Shown here one piece after another: positions 42,001 to 55,100 of a DNA stretch of 64,000 nt; position 1 is the stretch's first letter, and the number at the start of each line of letters is the position of its first letter. The notes below the pieces were generated by a model, which saw only the letters and a program-made list of their open reading frames with translations, was not told the origin of the DNA and ran no database searches. The position numbers and the translations under genes were made by a program. The DNA is taken from positions 2,728,001 through 2,792,000 of the forward strand of contig OZ059898.1 of assembly GCA_964057225.1 (NCBI GenBank), in the 5' to 3' direction. This DNA comes from Auanema rhodensis (taxonomy: Eukaryota; Animalia; Nematoda).

Positions 42001-44578
42001 GAGTGTACATGGAAACTCAACATACACTAATGCATCATTTTTCAAACGATCATAACTAATTTTTGTATCAAGCTTTTCTCAATGTAGTATAGTGCATTCG
42101 ATGCGGATTTTTAAGCTGCGTCGATCTGTGTTATCAGATTTGCGCTAGCTTAAAAATGCACCGAGATATCAACTGATATAAGTTCACACTTATATCCTCG
42201 ATTTTCACCCTGAAGAATTAACTTTTTCGTTGAATAACATTGTCTATCGTCTTTGCCTTGAAAAATGGAATCTAAAAACATCTACTTTTTGCTAAATTAT
42301 TCTGAAATTTTTCGAAAAAATTTTTGTCAAAATGTTTTTGGAAGCAATGTTGAGTGTACATGGAAACTCAACATACACTAATGCATCATTTTTCAAACGA
42401 TCATAACTAATTTTTGTATTAAGCTTTTCTCAATGTAGTATAGTGCATTCGATGCGGATTTTTAAGCTGCGTCGATCTGTGTTATCAGATTTGCGCTAGC
42501 TTAAAAATGCACCGAGATATCAACTGATATAAGTTCACACTTATATCCTCGATTTTCACCCTGAAGAATTAACTTTTTCGTTGAATAACATTGTCTATCG
42601 TCTTTGCCTTGAAAAATGGAATCTAAAAACATCTACTTTTTGCTAAATTATTCTGAAATTTTTCGAAAAAATTTTTGTCAAAATGTTTTTGGAAGCAATG
42701 TTGAGTGTACATGGGAACTCAACATACACTAATGCATCATTTTTCAAACAATCATAACTAATTTTTGTATTAAGCTTTTCTCAATGTAGTATAGTGCATT
42801 CGATGCGGATTTTTAAGCTGCGTCGATCTGTGTTATCAGATTTGCGCTAGCTTAAAAATGCACCGAGATATCAACTGATATAAGTTCACACTTATATCCT
42901 CGATTTTCACCCTGAAGAATTAACTTTTTCGTTGAATAACATTGTCTATCGTCTTTGCCTTGAAAAATGGAATCTAAAAACATCTACTTTTTGCTAAATT
43001 ATTTTGAAATTTTTCGAAAAAATTTTTGTCAAAATGTTTTTGGAAGCAATGTTGAGTGTACATGGAAACTCAACATACACTAATGCATCATTTTTCAAAC
43101 GATCATAACTAATTTTTGTATTAAGCTTTTCTCAATGTAGTATAGTGCATTCGATGCGGATATTTAAGCTGCGTCGATCTGTGTTATCAGATTTGCGCTA
43201 GCTTAAAAATGCACCGAGATATCAACTGATATAAGTTCACACTTATATCCTCGATTTTCACCCTGAAGAATTAACTTTTTCGTTGAATAACATTGTCTAT
43301 CGTCTTTGCCTTGAAAAATGGAATCTAAAAACATCTACTTTTTGCTAAATTATTCTGAAATTTTTCGAAAAAATTTTTGTCAAAATGTTTTTGGAAGCAA
43401 TGTTGAGTGTACATGGGAACTCAACATACACTAATGCATCATTTTTCAAACAATCATAACTAATTTTTGTATTAAGCTTTTCTCAATGTAGTATAGTGCA
43501 TTCGATGCGGATTTTTAAGCTGCGTCGATCTGTGTTATCAGATTTGCGCTAGCTTAAAAATGCACCGAGATATCAACTGATATAAGTTCACACTTATATC
43601 CTCGATTTTCACCCTGAAGAATTAACTTTTTCGTTGAATAACATTGTCTATCGTCTTTGCCTTGAAAAATGGAATCTAAAAACATCTACTTTTTGCTAAA
43701 TTATTCTGAAATTTTTCGAAAAAATTTTTGTCAAAATGTTTTTGGAAGCAATGTTGAGTGTACATGGGAACTCAACATACACTAATGCATCATTTTTCAA
43801 ACAATCATAACTAATTTTTGTATTAAGCTTTTCTCAATGTAGTATAGTGCATTCGATGCGGATTTTTAAGCTGCGTCGATCTGTGTTATCAGATTTGCGC
43901 TAGCTTAAAAATGCACCGAGATATCAACTGATATAAGTTCACACTTATATCCTCGATTTTCACCCTGAAGAATTAACTTTTTCGTTGAATAACATTGTCT
44001 ATCGTCTTTGCCTTGAAAAATGGAATCTAAAAACATCTACTTTTTGGTAAATTATTTTGAAATTTTTCGAAAAAATTTTTGTCAAAATGTTTTTGGAAGC
44101 AATGTTGAGTGTACATGGAAACTCAACATACACTAATGCATCATTTTTCAAACGATCATAACTAATTTTTGTATTAAGCGTTTTTCAATGTAGTATAGTG
44201 CATTCGATGCGGATTTTTAAGCTGCGTCGATCTGTGTTATCAGATTTGCGCTAGCTTAAAAATGCACCGAGATATCAACTGATATAAGTTCACACTTATA
44301 TCCTCGATTTTCACCCTGAAGAAATAATTTTTTCGTTGAATATTATTGTCCATCGTTTTTGCCTTGAAAAATGGAATCTTGAAACATCTACTTTTTGCTA
44401 AATTATTTTGAAATTTTTCGAAAAAATTTTTGTCAAAATGTTTTTGGAAGCAATGTTGAGTGTACATGGAAACTCAACATACACTAATGCATCATTTTTC
44501 AAACGATCATAACTAATTTTTGTATCAAGTGTTTCTCAATGTAATATAGTGCATTCGATGCGGATTTTTAAGCTGCGT
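21061..44578 (+). repeat. Central satellite sub-domain (monomers 61-127): variable ~3-7-mer higher-order repeat
   Basis: Recurring ordered cycle of monomer types (see findings). No CTTAAAAC-type monomers occur in this interval. Confidence 0.75.
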
Positions 44579-47500
44579 CGATCTGTGTTATCAGATTTGC
44601 GCTAGCTTAAAAATGCACCGAGATATCAACTGATATAAGTTCACACTTATATCCTCGATTTTCACCCTGAAGAATTAATTTTTTCGTTGAATAACATTGT
44701 CCATCGTCTTTGCCTTGAAAAATGGAATCTAAAAACATCTACTTTTTGCTAAATTATTTTGAAATTTTTCGAAAAAATTTTTGTCAAAATGTTTTTGGAA
44801 GCAATGTTGAGTGTACATGGAAACTCAACATACACTAATGCATCATTTTTCAAACGATCATAACTAATTTTTGTATCAAGCGTTTTTCAATGTAGTATAG
44901 TGCATTCGATGCGGATTTTTAAGCTGCGTCGATCTGTGTTATCAGATTTACGCTAGCTTAAAAATGCACCGAGATATCAACTGATATAAGTTCACACTTA
45001 TATCCTCGATTTTCACCCTGAAGAAATAATTTTTTCGTTGAATATTATTGTCCATCGTCTTTGCCTTGAAAAATGGAATCTTGAAACATCTACTTTTTGC
45101 TAAATTATTTTGAAATTTTTCGAAAAAATTTTTGTCAAAATGTTTTTGGAAGCAATGTTGAGTGTACATGGAAACTCAACATACACTAATGCATCATTTT
45201 TCAAACGATCATAACTAATTTTTGTATCAAGCGTTTTTCAATGTAGTATAGTGCATTCGATGCGGATTTTTAAGCTGCGTCGATCTGTGTTATCAGATTT
45301 ACGCTAGCTTAAAAATGCACCGAGATATCAACTGATATAAGTTCACACTTATATCCTCGATTTTCACCCTGAAGAAATAATTTTTTCGTTGAATATTATT
45401 GTCCATCGTCTTTGCCTTGAAAAATGGAATCTTGAAACATCTACTTTTTGCTAAATTATTTTGAAATTTTTCGAAAAAATTTTTGTCAAAATGTTTTTGG
45501 AAGCAATGTTGAGTGTACATGGAAACTCAACATACACTAATGCATCATTTTTCAAACGATCATAACTAATTTTTGTATCAAGCGTTTCTTAATGTAGTAT
45601 AGTGCATTCGATCCGGATTTTTAAGCTGCGTCGATCTGTGTTATCAGATTTGCGCTAGCTTAAAAATGCACCGAGATATCAACTGATATAAGTTCACACT
45701 TATATCCTCGATTTTCACCCTGAAGAATTAATTTTTTCGTTGAATAACATTGTCCATCGTCTTTGCCTTGAAAAATGGAATCTAAAAACATCTACTTTTT
45801 GCTAAATTATTTTGAAATTTTTCGAAAAAATTTTTGTCAAAATGTTTTTGGAAGCAATGTTGAGTGTACATGGAAACTCAACATACACTAATGCATCATT
45901 TTTCAAACGATCATAACTAATTTTTGTATCAAGCGTTTTTCAATGTAGTATAGTGCATTCGATGCGGATTTTTAAGCTGCGTCGATCTGTGTTATCAGAT
46001 TTACGCTAGCTTAAAAATGCACCGAGATATCAACTGATATAAGTTCACACTTATATCCTCGATTTTCACCCTGAAGAAATAATTTTTTCGTTGAATATTA
46101 TTGTCCATCGTCTTTGCCTTGAAAAATGGAATCTTGAAACATCTACTTTTTGCTAAATTATTTTGAAATTTTTCGAAAAAATTTTTGTCAAAATGTTTTT
46201 GGAAGCAATGTTGAGTGTACATGGAAACTCAACATACACTAATGCATCATTTTTCAAACGATCATAACTAATTTTTGTATCAAGTGTTTCTCAATGTAAT
46301 ATAGTGCATTCGATGCGGATTTTTAAGCTGCGTCGATCTGTGTTATCAGATTTGCGCTAGCTTAAAAATGCACCGAGATATCAACTGATATAAGTTCACA
46401 CTTATATCCTCGATTTTCACCCTGAAGAATTAATTTTTTCGTTGAATAACATTGTCCATCGTCTTTGCCTTGAAAAATGGAATCTTGAAACATCTACTTT
46501 TTGCTAAATTATTTTGAAATTTTTCGAAAAAATTTTTGTCAAAATGTTTTTGGAAGCAATGTTGAGTGTACATGGAAACTCAACATACACTAATGCATCA
46601 TTTTTCAAACGATCATAACTAATTTTTGTATCAAGCGTTTCTTAATGTAGTATAGTGCATTCGATCCGGATTTTTAAGCTGCGTCGATCTGTGTTATCAG
46701 ATTTGCGCTAGCTTAAAAATGCACCGAGATATCAACTGATATAAGTTCACACTTATATCCTCGATTTTCACCCTGAAGAATTAATTTTTTCGTTGAATAA
46801 CATTGTCCATCGTCTTTGCCTTGAAAAATGGAATCTAAAAACATCTACTTTTTGCTAAATTATTTTGAAATTTTTCGAAAAAATTTTTGTCAAAATGTTT
46901 TTGGAAGCAATGTTGAGTGTACATGGAAACTCAACATACACTAATGCATCATTTTTCAAACGATCATAACTAATTTTTGTATCAAGCGTTTTTCAATGTA
47001 GTATAGTGCATTCGATGCGGATTTTTAAGCTGCGTCGATCTGTGTTATCAGATTTACGCTAGCTTAAAAATGCACCGAGATATCAACTGATATAAGTTCA
47101 CACTTATATCCTCGATTTTCACCCTGAAGAAATAATTTTTTCGTTGAATATTATTGTCCATCGTCTTTGCCTTGAAAAATGGAATCTAAAAACATCTACT
47201 TTTTGCTAAATTATTTTGAAATTTTTCGAAAAAATTTTTGTCAAAATGTTTTTGGAAGCAATGTTGAGTGTACATGGAAACTCAACATACACTAATGCAT
47301 CATTTTTCAAACGATCATAACTAATTTTTGTATCAAGCGTTTTTCAATGTAGTATAGTGCATTCGATGCGGATTTTTAAGCTGCGTCGATCTGTGTTATC
47401 AGATTTACGCTAGCTTAAAAATGCACCGAGATATCAACTGATATAAGTTCACACTTATATCCTCGATTTTCACCCTGAAGAAATAATTTTTTCGTTGAAT

Positions 47501-48790
47501 ATTATTGTCCATCGTCTTTGCCTTGAAAAATGGAATCTTGAAACATCTACTTTTTGCTAAATTATTTTGAAATTTTTCGAAAAAATTTTTGTCAAAATGT
47601 TTTTGGAAGCAATGTTGAGTGTACATGGAAACTCAACATACACTAATGCATCATTTTTCAAACGATCATAACTAATTTTTGTATCAAGTGTTTCTCAATG
47701 TAATATAGTGCATTCGATGCGGATTTTTAAGCTGCGTCGATCTGTGTTATCAGATTTGCGCTAGCTTAAAAATGCACCGAGATATCAACTGATATAAGTT
47801 CACACTTATATCCTCGATTTTCACCCTGAAGAATTAATTTTTTCGTTGAATAACATTGTCCATCGTCTTTGCCTTGAAAAATGGAATCTTGAAACATCTA
47901 CTTTTTGCTAAATTATTTTGAAATTTTTCGAAAAAATTTTTGTCAAAATGTTTTTGGAAGCAATGTTGAGTGTACATGGAAACTCAACATACACTAATGC
48001 ATCATTTTTCAAACGATCATAACTAATTTTTGTATCAAGCGTTTCTTAATGTAGTATAGTGCATTCGATCCGGATTTTTAAGCTGCGTCGATCTGTGTTA
48101 TCAGATTTGCGCTAGCTTAAAAATGCACCGAGATATCAACTGATATAAGTTCACACTTATATCCTCGATTTTCACCCTGAAGAATTAATTTTTTCGTTGA
48201 ATAACATTGTCCATCGTCTTTGCCTTGAAAAATGGAATCTAAAAACATCTACTTTTTGCTAAATTATTTTGAAATTTTTCGAAAAAATTTTTGTCAAAAT
48301 GTTTTTGGAAGCAATGTTGAGTGTACATGGAAACTCAACATACACTAATGCATCATTTTTCAAACGATCATAACTAATTTTTGTATCAAGCGTTTTTCAA
48401 TGTAGTATAGTGCATTCGATGCGGATTTTTAAGCTGCGTCGATCTGTGTTATCAGATTTACGCTAGCTTAAAAATGCACCGAGATATCAACTGATATAAG
48501 TTCACACTTATATCCTCGATTTTCACCCTGAAGAAATAATTTTTTCGTTGAATATTATTGTCCATCGTCTTTGCCTTGAAAAATGGAATCTTGAAACATC
48601 TACTTTTTGCTAAATTATTTTGAAATTTTTCGAAAAAATTTTTGTCAAAATGTTTTTGGAAGCAATGTTGAGTGTACATGGAAACTCAACATACACTAAT
48701 GCATCATTTTTCAAACGATCATAACTAATTTTTGTATCAAGTGTTTCTCAATGTAATATAGTGCATTCGATGCGGATTTTTAAGCTGCGT
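44579..48790 (+). repeat. Satellite sub-domain marked by pos 21 G>A (TTTACGCT)
   Basis: Variant at 44950, 45301, 46003, 47056, 47407 and 48460 only. It gives the 73-aa ORF variants in the track. Confidence 0.85.
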
Positions 48791-49141
48791 CGATCTGTGT
48801 TATCAGATTTGCGCTAGCTTAAAAATGCACCGAGATATCAACTGATATAAGTTCACACTTATATCCTCGATTTTCACCCTGAAGAATTAATTTTTTCGTT
48901 GAATAACATTGTCCATCGTCTTTGCCTTGAAAAATGGAATCTAAAAACATCTACTTTTTGCTAAATTATTTTGAAATTTTTCGAAACAATTTTTGTCAAA
49001 ATGTTTTTGGAAGCAATGTTGAGTGTACATGGAAACTCAACATACACTAATGCATCATTTTTCAAACGGTCATAACTAATTTTTGTATCAAGCGTTTCTT
49101 AATGTAGTATAGTGCATTCGATCCGGATTTTTAAGCTGCGT

Positions 49142-52100
49142 CAATCTGTGTTATCAGATTTGCGCTAGCTTAAAAATGCACCGAGATATCAACTGATATA
49201 AGTTCACACTTATATCCTCGATTTTCACCCTGAAGAAATAATTTTTTCGTTGAATAACATTGTCCATCGTCTTTGCCTTGAAAAAAGGAATCTAAAAACA
49301 TCTACTTTTTGCTAAATTATTTTGAAATTTTTCGAAAAAATTTTTGTCAAAATGTTTTTGGAAGCAATGTTGAGTGTACATGGAAACTCAACATACACTA
49401 ATGCATCATTTTTCTAACGATCATAACTAATTTTTGTATTAAGCTTTTCTCAATGTAGTATAGTGCATTCGATGCGGATTTTTAAGCTGCGTCGATCTGT
49501 GTTATCAGATTTGCGCTAGCTTAAAAATGCACCGAGATATCAACTGATATAAGTTCACACTTATATCCTCGATTTTCACCCTGAAGAAATAATTTTTTCG
49601 TTGAATAACATTGTCCATCGTCTTTGCCTTGAAAAAAGGAATCTAAAAACATCTACTTTTTGCTAAATTATTTTGAAATTTTTCGAAAAAATTTTTGTCA
49701 AAATGTTTTTGGAAGCAATGTTGAGTGTACATGGAAACTCAACATACACTAATGCATCATTTTTCTAACGATCATAACTAATTTTTGTATTAAGCTTTTC
49801 TCAATGTAGTATAGTGCATTCGATGCGGATTTTTAAGCTGCGTCGATCTGTGTTATCAGATTTGCGCTAGCTTAAAAATGCACCGAGATATCAACTGATA
49901 TAAGTTCACACTTATAACCTCGATTTTCACCCTGAAGAATTAATTTTTTCGTTGAATAACATTGTCCATCGTCTTTGCCTTGAAAAATGGAATCTTAAAA
50001 CATCTACTTTTTGCTAAATTATTTTGAAATTTTTCGAAAAAATTTTTGTCAAAATGTTTTTGGAAGCAATGTTGAGTGTACATGGAAACTCAACATACAC
50101 TAATGCATCATTTTTCAAACGATCATAACTAATTTTTGTATCAAGTGTTTCTCAATGTAATATAGTGCATTCGATGCGGATTTTTAAGCTGCGTCGATCT
50201 GTGTTATCAGATTTGCGCTAGCTTAAAAATGCACCGAGATATCAACTGATATAAGTTCACACTTATATCCTCGATTTTCACCCTGAAGAATTAATTTTTT
50301 CGTTGAATAACATTGTCCATCGTCTTTGCCTTGAAAAATGGAATCTAAAAACATCTACTTTTTGCTAAATTATTTTGAAATTTTTCGAAACAATTTTTGT
50401 CAAAATGTTTTTGGAAGCAATGTTGAGTGTACATGGAAACTCAACATACACTAATGCATCATTTTTCAAACGGTCATAACTAATTTTTGTATCAAGCGTT
50501 TCTTAATGTAGTATAGTGCATTCGATCCGGATTTTTAAGCTGCGTCGATCTGTGTTATCAGATTTGCGCTAGCTTAAAAATGCACCGAGATATCAACTGA
50601 TATAAGTTCACACATATATCCTCGATTTTCACCCTGAAGAATTAATTTTTTTGTTGAATAACATTGTCCATCGTCTTTGCCTTGAAAAATGGAATCTAAA
50701 AACATCTACTTTTTGCTAAATTATTTTGAAATTTTTCGAAAAAATTTTTGTCAAAATGTTTTTGGAAGCAATGTTGAGTGTACATGGAAACTCAACATAC
50801 ACTAATGCATCATTTTTCAAACGATCATAACTAATTTTTGTATTAAGCTTTTCTCAATGTAGTTATAGTGCATTCGATCCGGATTTTTAAGCTGCGTCGA
50901 TCTGTGTTATCAGATTTGCGCTAGCTTAAAAATGCACCGAGATATCAACTGATATAAGTTCACACTTATATCCTCGATTTTCACCCTGAAGAATTAACTT
51001 TTTCGTTGAATAACATTGTCTATCGTCTTTGCCTTGAAAAATGGAATCTAAAAACATCTACTTTTTGCTAAATTATTCTGAAATTTTTCGAAAAAATTTT
51101 TGTCAAAATGTTTTTGGAAGCAATGTTGAGTGTACATGGAAACTCAACATACACTAATGCATCATTTTTCAAACAATCATAACTAATTTTTGTATTAAGC
51201 TTTTCTCAAAGAAGTATAGTGCATTCGATGCGGATTTTTAAGCTGCGTCGATCTGTGTTATCAGATTTGCGCTAGCTTAAAAATGCACCGAGATATCAAC
51301 TGATATAAGTTCACACTTATATCCTCGATTTTCACCCTGAAGAATTAATTTTTTCGTTGAATAACATTGTCCATCGTCTTTGCCTTGAAAAATCGAATCT
51401 AAAAACATCTACTTTTTGCTAAATTATTTTGAAATTTTTCGAAAAAATTTTTGTCAAATTGTTTTTGGAAGCAATGTTGAGTGTACATGGAAACTCAACA
51501 TACACTAATGCATCATTTTTCAAACGATCATAACTAATTTTTGTATTAAGCGTTTTTCAATGTAGTATAGTGCATTCGATGCGGATTTCTAAGCTGCGTC
51601 GATCTGTGTTATCAGATTTGCGCTAGCTTGAAAATGCACCGAGATATCAACTGATATAAGTTCACACTTATATCCTCGATTTTCATCCTGAAGAATTAAT
51701 TTTTTCGTTGAATAACATTGTCCATCGTCTTTGCCTTGAAAAATCGAATCTAAAAACATCTACTTTCCGCTAAATTATTTTGAAATTTTTCGAAAAAATT
51801 TTTGTCAAAATGTTTTTGGAAGCAATGTTGAGTGTACATGGAAACTCAACATACACTAATGCATCATTTTTCAAACGATCATAACTAATTTTTGTATTAA
51901 GCGTTTTTCAATGTAGTATAGTGCATTCGATGCGGATTTTCAAGCTGCGTCGATCTGTGTTATCAGATTTGCGCTAGCTTAAAAATGCACCGAGATATCA
52001 ACTGATATAAGTTCACACTTATATCCTCGATTTTCATCCTGAAGAATTAATTTTTTCGTTGAATAACATTGTCCATCGTCTTTGCCTTGAAAATTGGAAT

Positions 52101-55100
52101 CTAAAAACATCTACTTTTTGCTAAATTATTTTGAAATTTTTCGAAAAAATTTTTGTCAAATTGTTTTTGGAAGCAATGTTGAGTGTACATGGAAACTCAA
52201 CATACACTAATGCATCATTTTTCAAACGATCATAACTAATTTTTGTATTAAGCGTTTTTCAATGTAGTATAGTGCATTCGATGCGGATTTCTAAGCTGCG
52301 TCGATCTGTGTTATCAGATTTGCGCTAGCTTAAAAATGCACCGAGATATCAACTGATATAAGTTCACACTTATATCCTCGATTTTCATCCTGAAGAATTA
52401 ATTTTTTCGTTGAATAACATTGTCCATCGTCTTTGCCTTGAAAAATCGAATCTAAAAACATCTACTTTTCGCTAAATTATTTTGAAATTTTTCGAAAAAA
52501 TTTTTGTCAAAATGTTTTTGGAAGCAATGTTGAGTGTACATGGAAACTCAACATACACTAATGCATCATTTTTCAAACGATCATAACTAATTTTTGTATC
52601 AAGCGTTTTTCAATGTAGTATAGTGCATTCGATGCGGATTTTTAAGCTGCGTCGATCTGTGTTATCAGATTTGCGCTAGCTTAAAAATGCACCGAGATAT
52701 CAACTGATACAAGTTCACACTTATATCCTCGATTTTCACCCTGAAGAAATAATTTTTTCGTTGAATAACATTGTCCATCGTCTTTGCCTTGAAAAAAGGA
52801 ATCTAAAAACATCTACTTTTTGCTAAATTATTTTGAAATTTTTCGAAAAAATTTTTGTCAAAATGTTTTTGGAAGCAATGTTGAGTGTACATGGAAACTC
52901 AACATACACTAATGCATCATTTTTCAAACGATCATAACTTATTTTTGTAATAAGCTTTTCTCAATGTAGTATAGTGCATTCGATGCGGATTTTTAAGCTG
53001 CGTCGATCTGTGTTATCAGATTTGCGCTAGCTTAAAAATGCACCGAGATATCAACTGATATAAGTTCACACTTATATCCTCGATTTTCACCCTGAAGAAA
53101 TAATTTTTTCGTTGAATAACATTGTCCATCGTCTTTGCCTTGAAAAAAGGAATCTAAAAACATCTACTTTTTGCTAAATTATTTTGAAATTTTTCGAAAA
53201 AATTTTTGTCAAAATGTTTTTGGAAGCAATGTTGAGTGTACATGGAAACTCAACATACACTAATGCATCATTTTTCAAACGATCATAACTTATTTTTGTA
53301 TTAAGCTTTTCTCAATGTAGTATAGTGCATTCGATGCGGATTTTTAAGCTGCGTCGATCTGTGTTATCAGATTTGCGCTAGCTTAAAAATGCACCGAGAT
53401 ATCAACTGATATAAGTTCACACTTATATCCTCGATTTTCACCCTGAAGAAATAATTTTTTCGTTGAATAACATTGTCCATCGTCTTCGCCTTGAAAAAAG
53501 GAATCTAAAAACATCTACTTTTTGCTAAATTATTTTGAAATTTTCCGAAAAAATTTTTGTCAAAATGTTTTTGGAAGCAATGTTGAGTGTACATGGAAAC
53601 TCAACATACACTAATGCATCATTTTTCAAACGATCATAACTAATTTTTGTATTAAGCTTTTCTCAATGTAGTATAGTGCATTCGATGCGGATTTTTAAGC
53701 TGCGTCGATCTGTGTTATCAGATTTGCGCTAGCTTAAAAATGCACCGAGATATCAACTGATATAAGTTCACACTTATATCCTCGATTTTCACCCTGAAGA
53801 ATTAACTTTTTCGTTGAATAACATTGTCTATCGTTTTTGCCTTGAAAAATGGAATCTAAAAACATCTACTTTTTGCTAAATTATTTTGAAATTTTTCGAA
53901 AAAATTTTTGTCAAAATGTTTTTGGAAGCAATGTTGAGTGTACATGGAAACTCAACATACACTAATGCATCATTTTTCAAACGATCATAACTAATTTTTG
54001 TATTAAGCTTTTCTCAATGTAGTATAGTGCATTCGATGCGGATTTTTAAGCTGCGTCGATCTGTGTTATCAGATTTGCGCTAGCTTAAAAATGCACCGAG
54101 ATATCAACTGATATAAGTTCACACTTATATCCTCGATTTTCACCCTGAAGAATTAATTTTTTCGTTGAATAACATTGTCCATCGTCTTTGCCTTGAAAAA
54201 TCGAATCTAAAAACATCTACTTTTCGCTAAATTATTTTGAAATTTTTCGAAAAAATTTTTGTCAAAATGTTTTTGGAAGCAATGTTGAGTGTACATGGAA
54301 ACTCAACATACACTAATGCATCATTTTTCAAACGATCATAACTAATTTTTGTATCAAGCGTTTTTCAATGTAGTATAGTGCATTCGATGCGGATTTTTAA
54401 GCTGCGTCGATCTGTGTTATCAGATTTGCGCTAGCTTAAAAATGCACCGAGATATCAACTGATACAAGTTCACACTTATATCCTCGATTTTCACCCTGAA
54501 GAAATAATTTTTTCGTTGAATAACATTGTCCATCGTCTTTGCCTTGAAAAAAGGAATCTAAAAACATCTACTTTTTGCTAAATTATTTTGAAATTTTTCG
54601 AAAAAATTTTTGTCAAAATGTTTTTGGAAGCAATGTTGAGTGTACATGGAAACTCAACATACACTAATGCATCATTTTTCAAACGATCATAACTTATTTT
54701 TGTATTAAGCTTTTCTCAATGTAGTATAGTGCATTCGATGCGGATTTTTAAGCTGCGTCGATCTGTGTTATCAGATTTGCGCTAGCTTAAAAATGCACCG
54801 AGATATCAACTGATATAAGTTCACACTTATATCCTCGATTTTCACCCTGAAGAAATAATTTTTTCGTTGAATAACATTGTCCATCGTCTTCGCCTTGAAA
54901 AAAGGAATCTAAAAACATCTACTTTTTGCTAAATTATTTTGAAATTTTCCGAAAAAATTTTTGTCAAAATGTTTTTGGAAGCAATGTTGAGTGTACATGG
55001 AAACTCAACATACACTAATGCATCATTTTTCAAACGATCATAACTAATTTTTGTATTAAGCGTTTTTCAATGTAGTATAGTGCATTCGATGCGGATTTTT

